Notes: a model not told the origin generated them from the letters alone. A stretch of DNA of 64,000 bases from an uncultured Candidatus Poseidoniales archaeon (GCA_905182715.1 CAJJCP010000013.1:11990-75989); one strand, 5' to 3'; shown: positions 1 to 10,468, counted from the stretch's first letter. Made by a program: numbers and translations.

Positions 1-794
1 TTCACCCTGATTGGGATGTTGATCATTATGAATCACTCTTCAAGGCTTCAAGACAACGATTCCCCCATATCGCCATCAAGGCATTAACGGCTGTTGAAAT
101 TAAGCACCTTTCGCAACTGTCCAACATTTCGTTCAAAGAGACACTTCAGAGATTGAAAGATGCGGGACTCGGTTCGTTACCTGGCGGTGGTGCTGAAATT
201 TTGGACGACGGCGTTCGAGCTGTGATTTGTAATGGTAAAGAAAGTTCATCCGAATACCTTGAGATTCATCGAACTGCACATGAGTTGAGTATTCCAACGA
301 ATTGCACGATGCTTTTCGGAACCATTGAGACTCTTGAACAACGGTTGATGCATATGATTCAACTGCGCGAACTTAACGATGACACCCATGGTTTCCAGTG
401 TTTCGTACCATATCCATACCTACCAGACCATTCACGATTGCCAGAGGCTCAATTGGCAACAGGAAGTGAAATTCTACGTACCATTGCTATTTCACGTCTT
501 ATGCTTGATTCAATCCCACACATCAAAGCCTATCGGATGAATATCGGTGATGAATTGGCAGAACTTGCTCTACAATACGGAGCAGATGATATCGATGGCA
601 CGGTCCAAAAAGAATCAATTATGCACCTTGCAGGTTCAACTACGCCGCTGGATCACGACAGAATTCGTTTGGCTCGTCTCATCTCCGATGCCGGTTGCAT
701 ACCTGTTCAACGTAATACGACCTATGAAAAGTTCGAAATCTTTGTCCCTCCCGTTGTTAAACCGCGTGTCAAGTTGAAAATGGCGAACCTTTGA
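1..794 (+). CDS. mqnE: Radical SAM aminofutalosine synthase MqnE-like (CofH/MqnC/MqnE family), 5' truncated
   Basis: Frame is open from the window start (HPDWDV...IKALTAVEI). Motifs SLPGGGAEIL, TMLFGTIE, HIKAY and GADDIDGTV are present, and the gene is adjacent to mqnA. Confidence 0.8.
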   Translation, partial: HPDWDVDHYESLFKASRQRFPHIAIKALTAVEIKHLSQLSNISFKETLQRLKDAGLGSLPGGGAEILDDGVRAVICNGKESSSEYLEIHRTAHELSIPTNCTMLFGTIETLEQRLMHMIQLRELNDDTHGFQCFVPYPYLPDHSRLPEAQLATGSEILRTIAISRLMLDSIPHIKAYRMNIGDELAELALQYGADDIDGTVQKESIMHLAGSTTPLDHDRIRLARLISDAGCIPVQRNTTYEKFEIFVPPVVKPRVKLKMANL

Positions 795-803
795 GTTGAT
801 TGT

Positions 804-1601
804 ATGCAGGATTCACTATGGATGAAAACAATAGGAAGGGTTGCCTTTCTGAATTGTGATCCATTGTTTTACGGCCTTGACAAACAGTGGGAGGTCCTCG
901 CAGCACCTCCAGCCTGGCTCACTGGTCACCTTCTACGGAAGGATTGCATCTTAGCACCGATTCCTGCTGCAGATTACGCTCGCCACTCCGATGAACTCAT
1001 TCTCTTACCAGATATTGGAATTTGTAGCCGAGGAGAAGTTGGAAGCGTATTGGTGTTTGGAAATATTCCTCTTGAAAGTATGAAATCAATTGCCCTCCCA
1101 ACGGATTCTGCTACTTCGGTTCAACTCCTCAAATATCTTCTTGCTAAAAGAAATCTCAATCCTCATCTTGAACTCATGGGTCCAGACCTTGGAAGTATGC
1201 TAGCGAAATGTGATGGTGCATTACTGATTGGCGATAGGGCGCTTGAAGAAGCTAAGAGCAATCCTGCTTCTGTCCAACTCGACCTAGGTACTGATTGGCT
1301 GCGGTTCACTCAAAAACCAATGGTATTCGGTGTTTTTGCAGCACGCAAGGATACGCCACTGGAATCTCTCAGAATTGCACAAGGCATGCTCACTGAGAAT
1401 CTTCGACTTTTCGAACAAGACACAAAGCAACGGGAAAAAGTCATTCAATGGGCTCTTTCACGTTCTGACCTTGATTATGAACGTCTTGACCGATATTTTG
1501 GTGAAGTCTTCAATCGAATGGATGAAGAACACCTTTCTGGATTGAATGAATTCCTCGTTGAAGCATGTGGATTGGACGATGGTGCAGAATTTGCCTGGTA
1601 G
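804..1601 (+). CDS. mqnA: Chorismate dehydratase (futalosine pathway)
   Basis: Motifs GRVAFLNCDPL, VGSV, SATSV, LLIGDRAL, DLG..W and PMVFGVF. Confidence 0.9.
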   Translation: MQDSLWMKTIGRVAFLNCDPLFYGLDKQWEVLAAPPAWLTGHLLRKDCILAPIPAADYARHSDELILLPDIGICSRGEVGSVLVFGNIPLESMKSIALPTDSATSVQLLKYLLAKRNLNPHLELMGPDLGSMLAKCDGALLIGDRALEEAKSNPASVQLDLGTDWLRFTQKPMVFGVFAARKDTPLESLRIAQGMLTENLRLFEQDTKQREKVIQWALSRSDLDYERLDRYFGEVFNRMDEEHLSGLNEFLVEACGLDDGAEFAW

Positions 1602-1630
1602 ATACCACTGAATGATTACACAGGTCAGTA

Positions 1631-3769
1631 CTACTCTTCCTCAGCAGAATAGGTCACAACTCTTCGTGTTTTCACAACTTCAGACTTTTGAGGTTTGGAA
1701 ACAACTTTCTTCTTTGATACCGTTTTCTTTCTCGAAACTATTTTTGGTTCCGATACGACGCTATCAAGCCGCTTCCGTTTTACTTTCGTAATCGGGCCAT
1801 CTGTTCCAAGGGGTGATTGTTTGGCCTTTCGCCTGGGTTTGGCAGGTGCTTGAATAACTGGTTCATCTGCCACAACAGGTTCTTCATAAGGCTCTTCGGA
1901 TTCATCTCCTACCTCTTCTTTCCCGTTTGGATGGTGTTCATCATCAAAATCCATATCAATTGAATTCTGTATTCGAATGATAAAAACAATACCAGCTACG
2001 AGAAGTCCCAGTATCGGGACAAACAGTATCGGATAAGAAATGAGTATCTCCGATATTCTTTCTGAAACACTCGGTTCAGGCTCTATTTCTTCCTCCAATG
2101 TGAATGAAAGTTCACCTTCGATGACCCACCATGGTGACCAATGCTCTGATTGTGAATCCGTACTGTGTGCAGAGACATCGATTGGATGCATTTGAGCATG
2201 TTGAGCGAGTGAGGCATCCGTTGCTGTTGGTTGGGATTGGAGCGTGAATTCGAAGGGATAAGCCATGTTTTCACTCAAATTAAAGGTGAGGACATAGGTG
2301 AATGCGACATGTGTAGTTTGATCGTTTTTGGCAGTGAGTACCATTCCACTTTCAATCTGACATTCGACTTCTCCGTCTTGAAGTTGCCCAGATGAGAGTA
2401 GAATGACATTCTTCCATGAACTTATGTAGTGATTCTGATTCATATTTTTGCAGACGGTTTGAGCTAAGAAATCAGCCTCTTCTTGGCTGAGTTTTATATC
2501 TCCAATCAATGAACCTCTGGATAAATTCCTCAGGGCTGAAGAAGTTTGAGAGTCCAATGTATAGGTGTCCTCAATCTGGAAGGTATTTGCATCGACTGAA
2601 ATCTCAACACTACGAATTGTGTCGGTATTCGGAGATTTACTGCACATTTGTTCCAGTCCTGCGCACAACTTGTCATTTTCATCGAGTATGGCGTCCCCGT
2701 CATCGTCGTTATCGAAAATATCTGGGATCTGATCGCCATCGAGGTCTGCTCCATTTTCACCATAGCCTGCGGGGATGGGCATTGTCCCATACACCGCGAT
2801 GTGTCCGGTATTTGTGGCTACAAAGGCCATATCACGAGTCGCATATGTGTTCTCGCGAACAGTGAAATCAAGCGCTTTGTGGGCGAGATAGATCGAAACT
2901 GAAGCATCCAAATTTGTCGAATTCACAGTGAGTATCCGAGGAGAATTACCATTTTCTAATACGTGAATGACCTTATTATCGGATGACCAATATGATGCAG
3001 CACCACCATCAAATGTCACTTCAGATATCAAACCGCCTGCAAATGACCAGGTACTCAATTCTCCGTTCTCTGTTAACACTGCAAACCGCTCATCTACCGA
3101 ATCAAAACTGCATGATTGAATCTTCGAATTGAGATTCCATTCTTTGTCGGTTGGGTGTCCTTGAGAGGTCCACATGACCAGGCGTCCTGCTTCATCCCCG
3201 GTCAAGATGTAACTTCCAAGGGAAGAAAAACCGATGCAAGTTACACGTGCGTTATGTTCTCCATTGAGCGTTCTTTCGATCTCCATATCAACAATGCGAA
3301 TGAGGTCTATACCATTGTTCATGTTCGGGACAGCAAGCATATTTGAGTCGGGAGACCACTGTATCATTTCCGGTTGAGAATTTGAACCATGTTGTTTCGT
3401 TGTTCGTTCCATGGTATGCAAGTCAATCACCTGAATCGTATCAATCTCCGCAGAATTTCCTGAACGTGAAAACGCTAAAAATTGGCCATCAGGAGAAAAT
3501 TCGACGTCTAATACATCGTTTTCAACCGAGAAGGAGACAATCAGTTCGAGCGTTTCGACATCATGGATGGCAACGAGTCCATCATATGCACTTGCAAGAT
3601 ATGTTCCGTTATGATTGATGTCTACAGCTTGTGAACCTGCCGCAGAAGCAGCATTTGTGGCATCGAGATAAGCGATGTCCGAATATTGTCCAGCGGCTGA
3701 TGGGATTATAATTAAACAGGTCATTAGGAGGCATATTTGTGCTTGGAATTTAGAAAGTCCCTCCAACAT
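1631..3769 (-). CDS. Secreted/membrane-anchored WD40 beta-propeller protein with TSP3-like Ca-binding repeat, C-terminal TM helix and Lys-rich tail
   Basis: Signal peptide, WD-like repeats (VEFSPDG, WSPDS, FSSLG), DLDGDQIPDIFDNDDDGD and a hydrophobic helix near the C-terminus. Start moved to the ATG at 3769. Confidence 0.75.
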   Translation of the reverse strand: MLEGLSKFQAQICLLMTCLIIIPSAAGQYSDIAYLDATNAASAAGSQAVDINHNGTYLASAYDGLVAIHDVETLELIVSFSVENDVLDVEFSPDGQFLAFSRSGNSAEIDTIQVIDLHTMERTTKQHGSNSQPEMIQWSPDSNMLAVPNMNNGIDLIRIVDMEIERTLNGEHNARVTCIGFSSLGSYILTGDEAGRLVMWTSQGHPTDKEWNLNSKIQSCSFDSVDERFAVLTENGELSTWSFAGGLISEVTFDGGAASYWSSDNKVIHVLENGNSPRILTVNSTNLDASVSIYLAHKALDFTVRENTYATRDMAFVATNTGHIAVYGTMPIPAGYGENGADLDGDQIPDIFDNDDDGDAILDENDKLCAGLEQMCSKSPNTDTIRSVEISVDANTFQIEDTYTLDSQTSSALRNLSRGSLIGDIKLSQEEADFLAQTVCKNMNQNHYISSWKNVILLSSGQLQDGEVECQIESGMVLTAKNDQTTHVAFTYVLTFNLSENMAYPFEFTLQSQPTATDASLAQHAQMHPIDVSAHSTDSQSEHWSPWWVIEGELSFTLEEEIEPEPSVSERISEILISYPILFVPILGLLVAGIVFIIRIQNSIDMDFDDEHHPNGKEEVGDESEEPYEEPVVADEPVIQAPAKPRRKAKQSPLGTDGPITKVKRKRLDSVVSEPKIVSRKKTVSKKKVVSKPQKSEVVKTRRVVTYSAEEE

Positions 3770-3884
3770 GCCCTCCGCCCCAAACTCTCTTGGGTGCCTA
3801 CACTTGAAAACTTGGCGCATACTTCCTCTCTTCTCTATCTCTTGTCGGCGGTTGGTTCATCAAGGTCCCCAATGTGGGAGCATC

Positions 3885-4769
3885 ATGGTGGCACAGTTAC
3901 CCCTCGATGAAGACGGCAACAAGATAGTTCGAATCGGGCATTCTCCCGATCCTGATGATGCATTTATGTTTCATGCCATGACAACTGGAGCATTCCCTAC
4001 ACCAGGCTACAATTTCACTCACGAATTACAAGATATTGAAACACTTAATCATCGTGCAATGAAATCTGAACTCGAAGTTTCAGCAGTTTCTATTCATGCC
4101 TTCCCTGAAATCTCCAAGGATTACGCTTTGATGAATTGCGGTGCTTCGATGGGTGAAGGATATGGTCCAATGATTGTTTCACTTCCAGGCACCTCTCTGG
4201 ATGAAGTTCGTTCATCAACGATTGCAGTTCCCGGTTTGAAAACAAGTGCGTATTTGGGTTTGCGACTTTCTTGGGGCGATTGTGATATTGCTGTCGTTCC
4301 TTTCGATGAAATCATTCCTCGAATTCTTGATGGCACTTACAAAAGTGGATTAATCATTCACGAGGGACAATTAACCTACGTCGATGATAACCTCTCAGTC
4401 CATCTTGATTTGGGAGTTTGGTGGAATGAGCGCACAGATGGGTGGCCAATGCCATTGGGCGGCAATGTTGTTCGGCGAGATCTCGGCCAACAAGTCATGG
4501 AAGATATTACCAAATATACGAAAATGAGTATTGAATTTGCATTGAAGTCACCCGATGAAGCTTTGGAATTTGCAAAGCAATGGGGCAGAGGAATCGATGA
4601 TGAAACCAACCGCGAATTTGTGGGTATGTATGTCAATGATCGAACAATCGATTACGAAGCAGAAGGACGAGCATCGGTCCGTCGTTTTATCCGTGAAGGC
4701 CAAGAACTCGGTCTGATTCAATCCGACTTCGATACTGAATCGATGTCTTTTATCGGATCAGGTGAGTAA
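3885..4769 (+). CDS. mqnD: 1,4-dihydroxy-6-naphthoate synthase
   Basis: Motifs GHSPDPDDAFMF, DIETLN, GASMGEGYGP, IIHEGQLTY, PLGGN and MYVN. Start moved to the ATG at 3885. Confidence 0.92.
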   Translation: MVAQLPLDEDGNKIVRIGHSPDPDDAFMFHAMTTGAFPTPGYNFTHELQDIETLNHRAMKSELEVSAVSIHAFPEISKDYALMNCGASMGEGYGPMIVSLPGTSLDEVRSSTIAVPGLKTSAYLGLRLSWGDCDIAVVPFDEIIPRILDGTYKSGLIIHEGQLTYVDDNLSVHLDLGVWWNERTDGWPMPLGGNVVRRDLGQQVMEDITKYTKMSIEFALKSPDEALEFAKQWGRGIDDETNREFVGMYVNDRTIDYEAEGRASVRRFIREGQELGLIQSDFDTESMSFIGSGE

Positions 4770-4906
4770 GTTAGTTTCTTCAGGTGGATTTCTCTCGATG
4801 TACTCAATTGGAGTACCAGTGCAGCATGTGAAGTAGCGAAAGGTGAGTATTTTGAAACCTCAAGTTCAAAGACTCCATGCTTCTGCGTAGGAATGAGAGG
4901 GATTCC

Positions 4907-5113
4907 ATGCCACACGAACATATTACGCTCGCCCAATCTCCAAACGGTGAAATTGGACCACGGTGTGAAAACTGCGGCATCCGCCTCACATTTGGAAATG
5001 CAATGGTTGTAGGGAAGTACTACATGTGCTGGGAGCATTATGTCGAAGCCACTGGTGCAGACACCTCAACAACTGTTGGAGAGGCGGAAGAACGCTTCTG
5101 GATGACCGAATAA
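4907..5113 (+). CDS. Small putative zinc-finger protein (CxxC...CxxH)
   Basis: CENCG and MCWEH motifs, with a GAGGG SD-like sequence before the ATG at 4907. Confidence 0.65.
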   Translation: MPHEHITLAQSPNGEIGPRCENCGIRLTFGNAMVVGKYYMCWEHYVEATGADTSTTVGEAEERFWMTE

Positions 5114-5165
5114 TTTCGGCGTGTATTCAATAACCCTCACCTCTTCCCTGTCTTCGGGGTATTCT

Positions 5166-6368
5166 ATGGCAACAGGATGGGCAAGATTTGCACACCGCTT
5201 TGGTGCGTACTATCGAAGCGCTGAATTTTGGACTCCCCCTCGTTTGAAAACAAGAGAATGGATGTTCATTCCTTTTGGTGGCTCACCTCCAATACGTCAC
5301 AAGGGATTCAGTGACATGAATTCAGTGCGCCAATTCATCACCGAACGATCGATGCATTCTTGTTTTTATTCTACGGCGTATTGGGACCGGCCTTTTGAAC
5401 TCAAAATGTCTGACAAAATCTGGCGTGGAGCAGACCTTATTTTTGATTTGGATGGTGACCACCTTCCCGGAGTGACTGACAAAGATTTTCCTGGTATGCT
5501 TGAAGTGATTCAAGAACAAGCATGGTCTTTATGGAATGATTTTCTCGAACCGGAATTTGGCTTTGATGAAAAATATCTACAAGTTACTTTTTCCGGACAC
5601 CGTGGATTCCATTTGCACTATCGGGATCCTGCCTTGTTCCACCTTGATTCAGAGGCTCGGCGTGAGATTGTATCCTACATTCGTGGTGAAGGTGTCGATG
5701 TCAAAGGCGGTCTGGCACGCTATCACGATCTTACTTCGGAAGGTTGGACTCGACGCATACGCGATGGAATGGGAGATATGATTGAAAAGTTACGTACTAT
5801 TTCACGTAAGGAACAAGGATATACCGCAGAAATAAATACACTTCATCAAGGACTCCTCAGTCAATCTCAGCGTGAAGGGCGAACATCGACGAAAGGTAAA
5901 GTCTCGATTCAAAAATTAGCTGATGTTGTCAACCATGATGCTCGTGCTCAGCGTCTACGGAATGGGAGTTTCGGGGTCTTAGAAAAACACGAAGGACTCT
6001 TTCTCGATTTATTGAAAACAGATTCATCGGTTGTTCTCGGTTCAGCCGGTGAAACCGATGAAGTGGTAACCATCGATGTTAGAAGACAAATCCGTTGGCC
6101 AACATCGCTACACGGTAAGACTGGTATGCGAGTGAGTGAATTCCCACTCAGCCGCCTTGATCCGGATGGCTCGAATCCATATTCAGCCTTGCATGAAGCG
6201 GTTGTTCTCAATCAACAAGACAAAATGGAAGTCGAAATGATTGTGGATGATTCGATCTGTAAATTCGGAGATAAAGTATTTGATAAACAATCTGGGGACC
6301 GATTTGAAATCCATGAAGCAGGAGCTACTTTCCTCATTCTGAAAGGTTGGGCGAAAGTAGTTTCCTGA
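5166..6368 (+). CDS. priS: DNA primase small (catalytic) subunit
   Basis: Motifs REW, YSTAY, DLIFDLD, FSGHRGFH, DEVVT.D..R..R and SLHGKTG. Confidence 0.95.
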   Translation: MATGWARFAHRFGAYYRSAEFWTPPRLKTREWMFIPFGGSPPIRHKGFSDMNSVRQFITERSMHSCFYSTAYWDRPFELKMSDKIWRGADLIFDLDGDHLPGVTDKDFPGMLEVIQEQAWSLWNDFLEPEFGFDEKYLQVTFSGHRGFHLHYRDPALFHLDSEARREIVSYIRGEGVDVKGGLARYHDLTSEGWTRRIRDGMGDMIEKLRTISRKEQGYTAEINTLHQGLLSQSQREGRTSTKGKVSIQKLADVVNHDARAQRLRNGSFGVLEKHEGLFLDLLKTDSSVVLGSAGETDEVVTIDVRRQIRWPTSLHGKTGMRVSEFPLSRLDPDGSNPYSALHEAVVLNQQDKMEVEMIVDDSICKFGDKVFDKQSGDRFEIHEAGATFLILKGWAKVVS

Positions 6369-6461
6369 TTTTTAGAACGCATCAAATTACCGTTATCTTG
6401 TACAATGTCGAAGGTAAGGTTCAAGACTCCACCCGCATCCAGCGGTTTAGAGGTGAACCAC

Positions 6462-7439
6462 ATGGGTCTACGCAAAGGCAAGAAAAAGAATGCTCAAAAC
6501 CCCCCTGCTCCGGGTTTGCCACTGCCCCCGCTCGCTGGTATGCCTCTTCCAGCACCCGCTGGCCTACCATCTCCGCTTCCGGCTCCTGGTGCACTACCAC
6601 TCCCTGCCGCACCACTGCCACTCCCTGCCGCACCACTGCCACTCCCTGCCGCACCAACACCTCTCCCACTCCCCGATGCGACAGTTGCAAATTCCAAACC
6701 ATCATCTGACGAGTATGGAAGTATGTGGGCCAAGCGTTCAGACAAACCCCTCCAACAAATCTACGGGCATATTGATCGATTAGCTAAAGGCGAAACTGGC
6801 TCACTTCTTGACCGGTATTCCGAACGCTTTGGTCATTCACTCGACCGCGAAATCATTGTTCTTCGAAAAAAGGAACACGACTCGAAGGTTTCTGAAATCC
6901 GTGACGCACCTGTTGTGGAATTGCTTAGTGATGAAGGCTCCAGTGACTTACAGTCTCAACTCGCTTCCTTGGAAAAGGAACTTCGAACACTCAAACCTGA
7001 ATACCAGGCAGCCAAATCTTCCGGAGATGCTGAACTTCTTGCACAACTCCGTCCTGTTCTCGAAGGGCTCATGTCGGAACGTAAGTTAGTCATGGCTATG
7101 ATGGAAGAAGAAAATGAACCAACTGTTGCTGAAGAAGCACTCAGTTCAGAAATTTCGGGTGACACCGACGAACTCTTTGTTGCTTTCGTCGGTCTTGTTG
7201 ACGAACTCCTTGGCTCAGACCTCCCAGAAGATGTCGTTTCAGCTTTCATTGCGAGCGATGAGTTTGAAATTTATCAAGAGGTCGGAAATGATCCAGCAGC
7301 TGCTGGAGACGAATTGCGCAGACAATTCGTTGCCATCGTCGATAATCAACTCGGGAACATGAGTGAAGAGTCAGTAACTGCTTTTGTTGAGTCCTCCAGT
7401 TTCGAGATGTACAGTACAGTCGCAACACTCTATCAGTAG
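6462..7439 (+). CDS. Hypothetical protein: Pro-rich N-terminus, coiled coil, duplicated acidic C-terminal helical repeat
   Basis: Long ORF with GAGGTGA SD before the ATG at 6462. Confidence 0.7.
   Translation: MGLRKGKKKNAQNPPAPGLPLPPLAGMPLPAPAGLPSPLPAPGALPLPAAPLPLPAAPLPLPAAPTPLPLPDATVANSKPSSDEYGSMWAKRSDKPLQQIYGHIDRLAKGETGSLLDRYSERFGHSLDREIIVLRKKEHDSKVSEIRDAPVVELLSDEGSSDLQSQLASLEKELRTLKPEYQAAKSSGDAELLAQLRPVLEGLMSERKLVMAMMEEENEPTVAEEALSSEISGDTDELFVAFVGLVDELLGSDLPEDVVSAFIASDEFEIYQEVGNDPAAAGDELRRQFVAIVDNQLGNMSEESVTAFVESSSFEMYSTVATLYQ
6597..6656 (+). repeat. 21-bp coding tandem repeat (CCACTCCCTGCCGCACCACTG, ~2.9 copies) encoding PLPAAPL
   Basis: Read directly from the sequence. Confidence 0.85.
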
Positions 7440-7472
7440 ATGATAGTTGAAGAATGAATAGGAAGTGAAAAT

Positions 7473-8435
7473 ATGGGATTACTCGATAAAGCAAGTGATG
7501 TTGGCTCAAAATCAGAAAAGAAGCCAGTCGCTAAGGCAGTACCAGTCGCCAAAGCTGTTGCCAAGGCAGCACCTGTTGCCAAAGCAGCACCTGTTGCCAA
7601 AGCAGTTGCAAAAGCAAAACCTGCACAGAAAGTAGTCGCAGCCAAGGCAGCCAAGGCAGCCAAACCGAAGAGAGTACGAGCCACACCAGCCGGGCTCCCT
7701 GTAGACTTTGAAATCGCATCTCCAAATGCACGCCGTATTGCCGGATTAACCAACTTCGTAGTAAATCTTGGACCTATCTTCGGATTTTTGTTCTCTGTGA
7801 CAATTCTTGACGCGTTCACAACAATATTCGCACTCGTCGCTCTTGCCGCATTGATCATGAATTTGGTAGTTGTACCAATTATGTCTGGTCGAACGCTTGG
7901 AAATTTTGTTTCCCGAACAAAGAACATTACTTCGAACGGAAATAAACCAATCTTTTTGCACGCTCTTTTTGTGAATTCAACAGGAATTCTTGCACTCTTG
8001 GGATTTATCTTCTTGATGATCTTCGCAGGTTCAATGTTTTCTACGAAAGGCAGCGAACAAATATTTGCATCTGTTTGGTCCATTCTCGGGATTATATTCA
8101 TCATCCTCTACTTCGTCAATTATTCATTTAAGAAAGGTAGTGAATTGAAACAAGGCCTTTACGACTCATTGTTTGGTGCGTTCCTTGTCAAGCACATACC
8201 TGCTGAAGGTGAAGTTTCAACTGGATTTATCGGCAAGCTCGAAGGCATGGCATCCTACGGCGACCGTTTCACACAACGTCAGGAAGAAAAAACTGCAAAG
8301 AGAGCTGCTAAGGTTGTTTCCGATGCCGAGAAAGCAAAAGAAGTAGCTGCTGATGTAAAAGACGAATCTTCCAAAGAAGAGAGTGAACCTGCAGACGATA
8401 AAAATGAGAAGAAAGACAAGAAGAAAACTAAGTGA
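7473..8435 (+). CDS. Membrane protein (RDD-like) with Ala/Lys/Val repeat N-terminus
   Basis: ASPNARRIAG, GRTLG, KQGLYD, four hydrophobic helices and AKAAPV repeats. Confidence 0.65.
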   Translation: MGLLDKASDVGSKSEKKPVAKAVPVAKAVAKAAPVAKAAPVAKAVAKAKPAQKVVAAKAAKAAKPKRVRATPAGLPVDFEIASPNARRIAGLTNFVVNLGPIFGFLFSVTILDAFTTIFALVALAALIMNLVVVPIMSGRTLGNFVSRTKNITSNGNKPIFLHALFVNSTGILALLGFIFLMIFAGSMFSTKGSEQIFASVWSILGIIFIILYFVNYSFKKGSELKQGLYDSLFGAFLVKHIPAEGEVSTGFIGKLEGMASYGDRFTQRQEEKTAKRAAKVVSDAEKAKEVAADVKDESSKEESEPADDKNEKKDKKKTK

Positions 8436-8452
8436 TGTTACTTGGTGATTCC

Positions 8453-9451
8453 ATGTCATTTTTTTCTACGAAGTGGATGCGTACGCACTTTTGGATTCTC
8501 ACCTCAGTTTTCGTTGGCCTCTGCACTTGGAACCAATATCTGTTTCCTTCACCCATTCTTTGGATCATCATCGGTTCGTATTGTTTGTTGAATGCTTATA
8601 TTGAATTCATGGTCATTGCACTCTTCATTCAACCAGGTCCAGCTAAAAAATCAATTGAATCGAGTGAATGGCAATCTCACTTCTGCGAATACGATTCACG
8701 AACGACACACATTCAAACTTTGGAACAAGACCACATAGCGCCGCTCATTGTATTCATTCACGGCTGGAGAGGTTCTTCTGCTTCAGTTCTAGAAAGAGCA
8801 CAGTGGTTTGTGGAAAAAGGATGGCATGTGGCTATCTGCGAGTTGCCTGGGCATGGTAAATCGACGGTTGTTCAACGATGGAATGCAATCACTGCTTCGA
8901 AGAACTTACAACACCATATCAAAAACCTCCACACTCTAATCAAGCAAAAAAATGTTTCACACGTACTCTATTATGGTCACAGCATGGGAGGATATGTGTT
9001 CACGCGTATATCCTCAGATGAAAGTAACACACCATTCAACTTACCACTGACTGGACTCATTCTTGAATCACCACTGCTATTGTATTCTCAAATACTTGAT
9101 GAAATACGAGACAAACTAAAGATTCCATTTGCGCTCCATCGTTTGCACCTACGTAGGGTCTTTCGCGATGTAAAAAACATGCACCCTTCTATTACATCTG
9201 AAAATCTCAAACAGTTTGACATACCTCAATGGGGGGTGCCTACTGCTCCGACATTATGCCTTCAAGCTAAAACGGATTCACGTCTAGGAAGGGATCATTA
9301 TGATGCTGCAGTTGAGGCATTTACCTCTAAGTGTGAATTTACACATCACTTGATTGAAAGTTTAACTCATTCAGGTGCAAAGACGAATGAGGAACGTGAA
9401 TCGCTTCTTTTAGAATGGCTACAAACCTTTGAATCACTCATTCTCAGTTAA
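8453..9451 (+). CDS. Membrane-anchored alpha/beta hydrolase
   Basis: FIHGW, LPGHG, GHSMGG nucleophile elbow and LILESP, with N-terminal TM helices. Confidence 0.85.
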   Translation: MSFFSTKWMRTHFWILTSVFVGLCTWNQYLFPSPILWIIIGSYCLLNAYIEFMVIALFIQPGPAKKSIESSEWQSHFCEYDSRTTHIQTLEQDHIAPLIVFIHGWRGSSASVLERAQWFVEKGWHVAICELPGHGKSTVVQRWNAITASKNLQHHIKNLHTLIKQKNVSHVLYYGHSMGGYVFTRISSDESNTPFNLPLTGLILESPLLLYSQILDEIRDKLKIPFALHRLHLRRVFRDVKNMHPSITSENLKQFDIPQWGVPTAPTLCLQAKTDSRLGRDHYDAAVEAFTSKCEFTHHLIESLTHSGAKTNEERESLLLEWLQTFESLILS

Positions 9452-10468
9452 ATCTGCTTGTTCACGTGCGAGTTCTCGCATGTCATCAACTTCATCAAGT
9501 TCATCAACGATTTCTTCACCCAAAAGCGTTTCAAGCACATCCTCCATGGTTACAATCCCCGCAGTACCACCAAACTCGTCTTGAACGAGAGCAAATTGCT
9601 GCCTTTCTTCGAGGAACATCTCGAGAACCTCATCAACGTTAGCCGTTGATGGTAACATGGTGACAGATTTCTTGAAATCACGCATAGGCAAATCCCATTC
9701 ATCGCGGCTAGCAGCCATTAGAATTTCTGAACGAATCACGATGCCTGAAGCGTCATCGATTGTTTCATCAAAGACCGGAATCCGAGATACACGAATGATT
9801 TTGTGCTCATCTAACACTTCTTGAACAGTACTTGATGAATTGAATGCAGTCATCACGACCCGAGGGGTCATAATATCGACCACTTTGATCTCACGGAGTT
9901 TGAGTAGGTTTTGAATGACCTTACCTTCATCCTCCTCGATGATTCCTTCTTCTCCTCCAAGGTCGGCGAGTGCTGCAACATCATCACGTGTGACTAAAGC
10001 ATGGTCGCCTTTTGGTAGAATCGCCTTGAGCGCTTGAATTGGGATAATTATAACCGCTAAAAGTTTAATCAAGATGTTCAATACTTTTCCTGTAAAAGGT
10101 GCCAATTTCTTCCAATATGCAGTTCCCAAAGTTTTCGGAATAATTTCAGACAAAAATAACACTGCAATTGTCAAAATGATTGAAGCTACTGTGAGGGCAC
10201 TTTCTCCCCAAATAGATTGTACTTCGGAACCAACACCAGCAGCGCCCATGGTGTGGGCGATGGTATTGAGTGTCAATATTGCAGTAAGTGGTTTGACGGC
10301 GTCATCTTCTTTGAGATTCGCCCAAATCGCACCACTTTTTTTACCATCCTTTTCCAATACGGCGATATAGGTATGTGGTATTGAAAGAACGACTGCTTCT
10401 AAAATAGAGCAGAGGAAGGAGACTCCGAGAGCGAGAGATGCATACAGGATTAAGGTGGTCATTGCCAT
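9434..10468 (-). CDS. CNNM (DUF21)-CBS domain protein, CorC/HlyC family
   Basis: Motifs SFLCSILEA, ILTLNTIAHT, SEIIPKT, IMTPR, SRIPV and DEFGGTAGIVTMED. Confidence 0.92.
   Translation of the reverse strand: MAMTTLILYASLALGVSFLCSILEAVVLSIPHTYIAVLEKDGKKSGAIWANLKEDDAVKPLTAILTLNTIAHTMGAAGVGSEVQSIWGESALTVASIILTIAVLFLSEIIPKTLGTAYWKKLAPFTGKVLNILIKLLAVIIIPIQALKAILPKGDHALVTRDDVAALADLGGEEGIIEEDEGKVIQNLLKLREIKVVDIMTPRVVMTAFNSSSTVQEVLDEHKIIRVSRIPVFDETIDDASGIVIRSEILMAASRDEWDLPMRDFKKSVTMLPSTANVDEVLEMFLEERQQFALVQDEFGGTAGIVTMEDVLETLLGEEIVDELDEVDDMRELAREQADLTENE

Noticed and set aside
6597-7660. 21-bp and 18-bp repeats as a CRISPR or regulatory array
   Set aside because: They are contiguous in-frame coding repeats (PLPAAPL and AKAAPV) with no spacers and no cas genes.
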